Shown here in pieces: positions 58,124-64,000 of a stretch of DNA of 64,000 nucleotides. Position 1 is the first letter of the stretch. Each line of letters opens with the position of its first letter. A model generated the notes under the pieces. The model was not told the origin of the DNA and did not search any database. It worked only from the letters and a program-made list of their open reading frames with translations. Location of the stretch: sequence record OR455461.1; one strand, 5' to 3'. The translations under genes were made by a program, and so were the position numbers.

Positions 58124-59746
58124 TTAATCTTCTCCCTCTTCTACAATTTCTTTAATGTCCATAACAACTTCTTGATCATCATTTTCTTTCTCTAATTTAT
58201 CAATATTTTCAATATCTTCAATTTCTTTGATATTAGGTTTATTTTCAAAATAGAATGAACCATTTTCACCAGGATCTTTAACTTCACAGAAAGGTGTTAA
58301 AGTACGAGTAATACCTGGATTATTTGATGAAGTAGCAATCAAATCAATTCTACCGAAATAAGTGTTATTGATATTGATTGTTCTAATAGATGGTTTACTA
58401 GTGTCTACAGCTGATTGTGGACCTGCTTTAGTCATTTTAAGAATTCTAGTAAATAAGTCAATTGTATTAACTGCATTAGAATAACGTATACCGTCAGAAG
58501 TTCCAATAGTCTTCAATAGATAATCTCTAGGTACTCCTGAGAATAATCCTTTAAGATTTTTAATTGTACGTTTTTTATCTGAGAAGTTAATCATACGATA
58601 TGAAGTATCAGAGTTTTTTCTATTCAGTGGATAAGTTAAATATTCTAATACTCTTAAACGTTTATTAGCTAAATCTGTATTATCTAATAAGTTAAGATTA
58701 TCAAAGTTCTTAAACATGTATTTAACCACATGATAAGTTGATTCTTTATCTTCTGATTCTAATCGTGATATAGCTTGAGTACGACTATCTAATATACGAT
58801 CAAATGAAAGTATCATTGAATTCGCTTTATCTATTTTAGTGTCAATATTAGTTGAACCACTGAAGATAGAACCTAAAGCTTTTAACCAGAATTCTCTATC
58901 GTATATTTTATCTAATCCCGCTCTCATTCCTTTGAATAAATCTTTAATACAAAGGATCATAGAATTTCTATAACGATCATCAACGTCTAACCATTCTTTT
59001 TCAACTTTTAAAGAAAGTTTATTATTAATTTTAAAGTAATAGTAATTATCTTCTTTTTCATCATTAATATCTATTACTTTACAATGGTCTTTAATTTCTA
59101 AGAATTCAAATGTTTCATCAAATCCCATTTTTGCAACAAAGAACATAAATGCTGGAACACTCTTATTTTTATTGAACACTTCTAGATATAGAGTTCTTCC
59201 TCTTTGGACATTATTCATCTTATTATCGTCATCCATAATAGTATCTTTTTTAGAACCATTGACTGATAGTGGTTGCAATAAGTTTTTCATTACTACAGTA
59301 CTAGCTTTTGGTTTATAAAATTCAGCATCTGCTAATTGTAGAATTGGGAAAAATTTGTTATTATTAATATAGTAGTATTGACCTTCAATAAGTTCAGGGA
59401 AATCTAATTTGTGTGTATATTCTTCTTTATTACCTTCTGAATCTTCAAATTCTACTGTAATTTGAACTTCTAGTAATTTAGATTCCTCAACATTAATTTT
59501 TCTGTAATCTTTAGATTTAAGTTGTTTATCTGTCATTTGATTAAATTCATAAACCTGACTTGGTGAAACGACTTTACAATCTAAGAATTTAATTCCTTTA
59601 ATAAATTCTACTGATCTATAAATGTCTGAAATGATTTTTTCTAAACTTTCATTTTGTCTGAAATAGATTACGTCTTCGTTAAATGGTTCTTTTTTGCTAA
59701 TGTCTTCGTTGATGTTCTTTGTAACTTTACTTAAGTATTTACTCAA
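58124..59746 (-). CDS. rpoB: Non-virion RNA polymerase beta subunit, N-terminal part (540 aa)
   Basis: FPELIEGQYYYINNNKFFPILQL, LANKRLRVLEYL, FGRIDLIATSSNNPGITRTLTPF; adjacent to beta'. Confidence 0.85.
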   Translation of the reverse strand: MSKYLSKVTKNINEDISKKEPFNEDVIYFRQNESLEKIISDIYRSVEFIKGIKFLDCKVVSPSQVYEFNQMTDKQLKSKDYRKINVEESKLLEVQITVEFEDSEGNKEEYTHKLDFPELIEGQYYYINNNKFFPILQLADAEFYKPKASTVVMKNLLQPLSVNGSKKDTIMDDDNKMNNVQRGRTLYLEVFNKNKSVPAFMFFVAKMGFDETFEFLEIKDHCKVIDINDEKEDNYYYFKINNKLSLKVEKEWLDVDDRYRNSMILCIKDLFKGMRAGLDKIYDREFWLKALGSIFSGSTNIDTKIDKANSMILSFDRILDSRTQAISRLESEDKESTYHVVKYMFKNFDNLNLLDNTDLANKRLRVLEYLTYPLNRKNSDTSYRMINFSDKKRTIKNLKGLFSGVPRDYLLKTIGTSDGIRYSNAVNTIDLFTRILKMTKAGPQSAVDTSKPSIRTININNTYFGRIDLIATSSNNPGITRTLTPFCEVKDPGENGSFYFENKPNIKEIEDIENIDKLEKENDDQEVVMDIKEIVEEGED

Positions 59747-59834
59747 TTATCCGACACTCTCCCTCTTGGTAATAAAAACTTTATAAGATATGAGTTATTT
59801 CTGGTTTTTATTTTTTTACAAAATGAAAACTCAT

Positions 59835-59846
59835 AACAATATTATA
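59835..59846 (+). promoter_or_regulatory. AACA-N6-TA promoter upstream of HU-like gene
   Basis: AACAATATTATA. Confidence 0.5.
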
Positions 59847-59907
59847 TCATAAAACTTAGAAAAATGCTAGGAAAATAATACTATTTTTCTAAAAATTTTA
59901 AAAATAA

Positions 59908-60240
59908 ATGAAAGAAAGGAATCTAAAAATGAATAGACAAATTCAAGATCAAAAACATTTCTTCCGTGAATGGTCTAAACGAACTGGTTTATCTCAAAGA
60001 GAATTAGTCGATGCTTATTCAGAAATGATCGATATTTTAGTTGAATCAGCTAATGATTCAGATCAAACTAAAACTATTATTCCTGAAATTGGTGTTTTAG
60101 AAGTTAAACCTGAAGATATGCGTAAACGTAGAAATCCAAGAACTAATCAAATTGTAGTTACTGAACCTACACGTAAAGCACACATTCGTTTATATCCTAG
60201 ACTTAAAAATAGATTTAAACCTGAAGAACTAGAAAAATAA
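59908..60240 (+). CDS. hup: HU/IHF-like DNA-binding protein
   Basis: RTGLSQRE..., IPEIGVLEVK..RKRRNPRTNQIV pattern of HU family; start may be the second Met. Confidence 0.85.
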   Translation: MKERNLKMNRQIQDQKHFFREWSKRTGLSQRELVDAYSEMIDILVESANDSDQTKTIIPEIGVLEVKPEDMRKRRNPRTNQIVVTEPTRKAHIRLYPRLKNRFKPEELEK

Positions 60241-60253
60241 AAATAATTCAAAA

Positions 60254-60283
60254 GCCATAATATACTTATTTGTATATTATGGC
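60254..60283. terminator. Bidirectional terminator
   Basis: GCCATAATATAC/GTATATTATGGC stem. Confidence 0.8.
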
Positions 60284-60290
60284 AATTTTA

Positions 60291-60569
60291 TTATTCATTT
60301 TCATTAATGTCTTCTTTAGTTTCTTTTCTTTTAATAGTTAAATTAAGTACTTTTCTGAAAAATTTAATTTTAAGATTTAATAAGAAATTACTATCTGATT
60401 TAATCTTAACATCAAACTTCTGCTCTTTATCTTCTTCAGTTTCAGGTAAAGTAACAAATTCAAAGTCTACTCTTTCTAAGTCTTCTCTAGATAATAATTC
60501 TTTCTTTTGACTTTCATTAAGTTTTAACCCTAATCTTTTTTCTAATTTCTTTTGATTTCTTTTATTCAT
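60291..60569 (-). CDS. Hypothetical protein
   Basis: ORF with GGAG RBS. Confidence 0.65.
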   Translation of the reverse strand: MNKRNQKKLEKRLGLKLNESQKKELLSREDLERVDFEFVTLPETEEDKEQKFDVKIKSDSNFLLNLKIKFFRKVLNLTIKRKETKEDINENE

Positions 60570-60598
60570 ATTAATAAGTCATCTCCATATTATAATTA

Positions 60599-60982
60599 TT
60601 AATCTTTATAGTCTGGTTTAGCTGGAATCCACATCTTAGGATTATAATTAATTTCATATTGATATTTGCTAACATTCTTAGTTGTAACGTCTTCAACAGT
60701 ATATGAAACATTATCAGATAGACCAATGATGTGTTTTTGATATTTACCATTTTCATTTTCTACAACTATTTCCAACTGATTATCATCTTTATCTGCTTTG
60801 ATAGACATACGTCCAGACATCTGAAAAATAATATCATTCTTAATAGCATTTATAACAGTTACTTTTCTAACTACATTAAAATTATCTGACTCTTCAGACA
60901 TATTCTGACTAACCTTATCTGCTTGAGAACACCCTGTTAATAATAAAACGAATAATAATGGTAGTACTAAAAATTTCTTCAT
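60599..60982 (-). CDS. Phage lipoprotein
   Basis: Lipobox LLTGC; ADKVSQN..EESDNFNVVRKVTVIN..YEINYNPKMWIP family common in Gram-positive phages. Confidence 0.8.
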   Translation of the reverse strand: MKKFLVLPLLFVLLLTGCSQADKVSQNMSEESDNFNVVRKVTVINAIKNDIIFQMSGRMSIKADKDDNQLEIVVENENGKYQKHIIGLSDNVSYTVEDVTTKNVSKYQYEINYNPKMWIPAKPDYKD

Positions 60983-61064
60983 GATTGTTTTCTCCTTTGA
61001 TTGTCTTAATATATTAGAGGTAATGACAAATTGTATGTCATTACCTCATTTTTATAATATATAT

Positions 61065-61286
61065 TTAAATAATATCTTCCTCATAATTAGGAATAATTAA
61101 TTCTTGTTCTAATAAATTATCTAACTTACTTTTTTCTAATACAAATCCATTACCATCTTTATCTGAATATAAAAGTAATTCAGATTCACCATCAATAAAG
61201 TTTTTTAAACCTCTACGGTGTAAAAAGAATTTTCTTTCGTTCTTCTTATATTCAAATGAGAATGGTATTTTTCCTTCTTCCATCAT
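61065..61286 (-). CDS. Hypothetical protein
   Basis: ORF coupled to upstream gene. Confidence 0.6.
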   Translation of the reverse strand: MMEEGKIPFSFEYKKNERKFFLHRRGLKNFIDGESELLLYSDKDGNGFVLEKSKLDNLLEQELIIPNYEEDII

Positions 61287-61576
61287 GCTACAACATCTCC
61301 ATCTTTAGTTTCAACATTCTTTGAATTTAATTCAATACTAAAATTCTTAATATGATTCAAGTGATTTAATTTTAATTTACTTCTAAAACTTTCCTTATCA
61401 ATACTTTCGATATTATAAGTATTCAATATCATTTGCATTGTAGTAAAGTTTTCTGAATCATATATTTCTAATAACGTAATCTCCAATTTATTAATAGCTT
61501 CTTCAAACGTATCAAACGTAAATGATTCAACTATTCTTCTATTGAATTTTAATTTAAATCCATATACTCTTTTCAT
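61283..61576 (-). CDS. Hypothetical protein
   Basis: AGGAG RBS. Confidence 0.65.
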   Translation of the reverse strand: MKRVYGFKLKFNRRIVESFTFDTFEEAINKLEITLLEIYDSENFTTMQMILNTYNIESIDKESFRSKLKLNHLNHIKNFSIELNSKNVETKDGDVVA

Positions 61577-61596
61577 TTAAATTCTCTCCTTTCTAT

Positions 61597-62247
61597 TTAA
61601 CTAAATAAAGAATTTATAAATATAGATCTATATTCTTTAATTGTAATTTCTTTATTATAATTGAAGAATATATTTTTAGACTGCTTTAAAGTTAAAAAGA
61701 ATTCAGCTAATGTTAATGCTTTAAGATATTGCTTTTCATTGTCTCTATTTTGTTTAAATAAATTAATGAATATATCTTCAATTCCTATTTCTTTAAAATT
61801 GTCTATATAGAATTCTTCTTTAATATCCTTCTCTACATATGGTACTTTAGTTATTGTAAAATATGAATTATTAGTTTTAACTAAATTATTTGAATCTAAT
61901 AAATCATCTATTTCTGGTTCAGTAAGACTATTAATTTCTTTAAAATCTCTGAAATTATTTACTTTTTTAATATTCTCTTTTATTAAATTTAATGTCTGAT
62001 GATTTACTATTTTACTATAAAAATTCATAGTAGTTCTTTCATTTGAGAATATATTTTCCTCCAATATTAAAGAATAACTAGCATTATTAATCATTAAAGC
62101 ATTACTATTTTCTGTAATATCCAATTGCTTTTCAATTTGTTCCATTATATCTTTATCGTAATCTATAAGTAGAACAATTGTGTTTAAATTCTTTTTATAC
62201 GTATTCCTAGATCTTTTTTGAAAATTAATTAAGTACATTATAACCAA
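61597..62247 (-). CDS. Hypothetical protein with C-terminal tag (ITIKEYRSIFINSLFS)
   Basis: ORF plus tag. Confidence 0.72.
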   Translation of the reverse strand: MVIMYLINFQKRSRNTYKKNLNTIVLLIDYDKDIMEQIEKQLDITENSNALMINNASYSLILEENIFSNERTTMNFYSKIVNHQTLNLIKENIKKVNNFRDFKEINSLTEPEIDDLLDSNNLVKTNNSYFTITKVPYVEKDIKEEFYIDNFKEIGIEDIFINLFKQNRDNEKQYLKALTLAEFFLTLKQSKNIFFNYNKEITIKEYRSIFINSLFS

Positions 62248-62310
62248 CTATATCACCACACTTATATATTAATGAATTTATAATAATTACACGTTAGTTT
62301 CATTCATTAA

Positions 62311-62715
62311 TTATTTAAATGAATTCGTTATAATTAAATTTTTAAATTGCTTTTCAGTTAATATATCTTTTAAATATCGATGGATAGTTTCTTTAAAATC
62401 ATATATTATATAATTATCATTTTCTTTTATTAAAGCACATAAATTATCACTACCATTATTATATTTCTTCAATATTTTATTTATAGTATAGTAGTCAATC
62501 TTATTATTTTCAAATATTATTGATGATAAAGCTGGTTTAATAATCACTTCATAAAAATTACTAAATGATTTTGTATAAGATTCTACATCATCTTTATCAT
62601 CAATGTGACTGAAAAATATTTGTCTTATTACAGGATAAGTATATGATCTCAATACATTATACTTAATTATTTGACTTGACAATTCATCATAATCAAATTT
62701 ATTTAATTTTTTCAT
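62311..62715 (-). CDS. Hypothetical protein with C-terminal tag (LTEKQFKNLIITNSFK); paralogue of 63227
   Basis: Shared YE.II.P..S.IIFE and AL.K....Y.IYD blocks. Confidence 0.72.
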   Translation of the reverse strand: MKKLNKFDYDELSSQIIKYNVLRSYTYPVIRQIFFSHIDDKDDVESYTKSFSNFYEVIIKPALSSIIFENNKIDYYTINKILKKYNNGSDNLCALIKENDNYIIYDFKETIHRYLKDILTEKQFKNLIITNSFK

Positions 62716-62811
62716 TATCTAACACCTCCTCATATAATAAATATATTTAAGACAACGTATATATTTAGTATACATTTTCTCATTTTAATAATATATATTT
62801 AAATCATATTT

Positions 62812-63213
62812 TTATTTAAATGTATTTTTTATTTTATTATTCATATATTCTTTTCTTGTGACTTCAGTATAATAATTTTCATCAGATATATCAAAATCCA
62901 TTTCAGATACAGTTCTAATAAATATATGATGTATATCATCTAAATCTTTCTTTTTACTTCTTTTTATTTTTACTTCAAGTCCTTGATAACTATTATATTT
63001 TATCTTAATATTTAATAATACAGCTAAACCCTTTCTTATTTTACCTATAGAAATAGTATTATAAAAATCAAAATGAGTTAGTATATCCATTATAGATAAA
63101 TTTTCATCTTCACTAAAATAAATATTATATCTATTAAAATCTGATAAGTTTACACGTTCTTCTATATTAAGATTTTTTACTATCCCTATAGGTGTTAATT
63201 TATAATATTTCAT
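62812..63213 (-). CDS. Hypothetical protein with C-terminal tag (VTRKEYMNNKIKNTFK)
   Basis: ORF plus tag. Confidence 0.75.
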   Translation of the reverse strand: MKYYKLTPIGIVKNLNIEERVNLSDFNRYNIYFSEDENLSIMDILTHFDFYNTISIGKIRKGLAVLLNIKIKYNSYQGLEVKIKRSKKKDLDDIHHIFIRTVSEMDFDISDENYYTEVTRKEYMNNKIKNTFK

Positions 63214-63226
63214 ATCAATTCCTTAT

Positions 63227-63658
63227 TTATATTATTGATTTATAGAAATCTAAATCTTCAGATAATAAATTTTTTATTGCTTTTGTTACATACGTTTGTT
63301 TATCGTATATTTTATACTCACCATCAATTTTAACTAAAGCAAATAAATCACTAGCAAAATCTGGTTCTAGTAAGATGGAAACCATCTTTTTGTTTAAAAC
63401 ACTTTCTTCATAATGATCTTCGAAGATAATGTCCGATATTGAAGGTAGTATAATTTCTTCATAATAATCTTTTATGTCATCCATTTCATTATAAGCTTCT
63501 TCTGTTCCAATATCATAATCGTCACTAAAAAATAATTCTCTTAGAACTAAATAACTATTTGACTTTAATTCTTTAGGAACACTCACCATATTTTCTTGTG
63601 TAATTTTTATTGAATCTTTTAGACTGTCTGAATCAAATAAATTGAAAAACTCATCCAT
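63227..63658 (-). CDS. Hypothetical protein, paralogue of 62311
   Basis: AGGAG RBS; shared blocks; tag degenerate. Confidence 0.7.
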   Translation of the reverse strand: MDEFFNLFDSDSLKDSIKITQENMVSVPKELKSNSYLVLRELFFSDDYDIGTEEAYNEMDDIKDYYEEIILPSISDIIFEDHYEESVLNKKMVSILLEPDFASDLFALVKIDGEYKIYDKQTYVTKAIKNLLSEDLDFYKSII

Positions 63659-63675
63659 TTTATATCTACTCCTTT

Positions 63676-64000
63676 TTATTTAAAATTTTCTTTAATTTTA
63701 TTATTTCTATATTCTTTTTCAGTTATTTTTATATAATCTTCATTAATTATTAATCCCATTTTATTAATACCTTCTGCATTGAATGTGAATTTATCGTTAT
63801 ACCCATGATTTCTTATATTATCATATATTTCATTCAAAGTTTCTTCACCAGTTAAATGCATACTATCTTCCCATATTTCATAACCTTTAAGATCAATCCA
63901 GTAATTCACGTACGTGTTTTCTTCTTCATCTCTTAAAAAATTAGTTTCTATTTTTATAGGAAAATCTTTAATTAAATCAATTAATATAATTTCTTCATCT
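63676..64000 (-). CDS. 5'-truncated hypothetical protein with C-terminal tag (ITEKEYRNNKIKENFK)
   Basis: Frame stays open past the GTG at 63909 to the window edge (DEEIILIDLIKDFP...ENTYVNYWIDL). Confidence 0.7.
   Translation of the reverse strand, partial: DEEIILIDLIKDFPIKIETNFLRDEEENTYVNYWIDLKGYEIWEDSMHLTGEETLNEIYDNIRNHGYNDKFTFNAEGINKMGLIINEDYIKITEKEYRNNKIKENFK

Noticed and set aside
1-64000. tRNA, rRNA, inteins, integrase or transposase
   Set aside because: No cloverleaf or rRNA-like stretch, intein splice motifs or recombinase motifs were recognised by eye; a dedicated tRNA scan was not run.

Overview
Very AT-rich segment of a jumbo myophage genome of the AR9/PBS1-like (phiKZ-related) type, probably infecting a Gram-positive host. 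The LC3-type holin, phage lipoproteins and DWTPAPED tail modules suggest Staphylococcus; the host is inferred. The left half (1-36 kb) is a late, virion-building region: terminase large subunit, major capsid protein, prohead protease, neck/baseplate proteins, two large carbohydrate-binding tail proteins, a lysis cassette, RusA and acidic head proteins. The right half (36-64 kb) is a mostly minus-strand early/accessory region with paralogue families, primase, two non-virion RNA polymerase subunits (beta N and beta' N) and an HU-like protein. Main discovery: three essential genes that the ORF track shows as fragments are interrupted by seven very small, ORF-less group I introns (154-206 nt). Two are in terminase, three in the prohead protease and two in RNAP beta'. 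Each has a U-G P1 helix, co-varying P3, a shared P4/P6/P7 core and a terminal G. Two intron pairs flank micro-exons of 11 nt (YDWV, predicted protease catalytic Asp) and 6 nt (GCCGAT, the Ala-Asp of the RNAP GADYDGD active-site motif). Second finding: about ten otherwise unrelated early proteins share a 16-residue C-terminal tag. Two promoter classes are visible: AA(A/G)TATATATTAT (early-type) and AACA-N6-TA (AR9 late-type). All analysis was done by eye; no database searches or folding programs were run.
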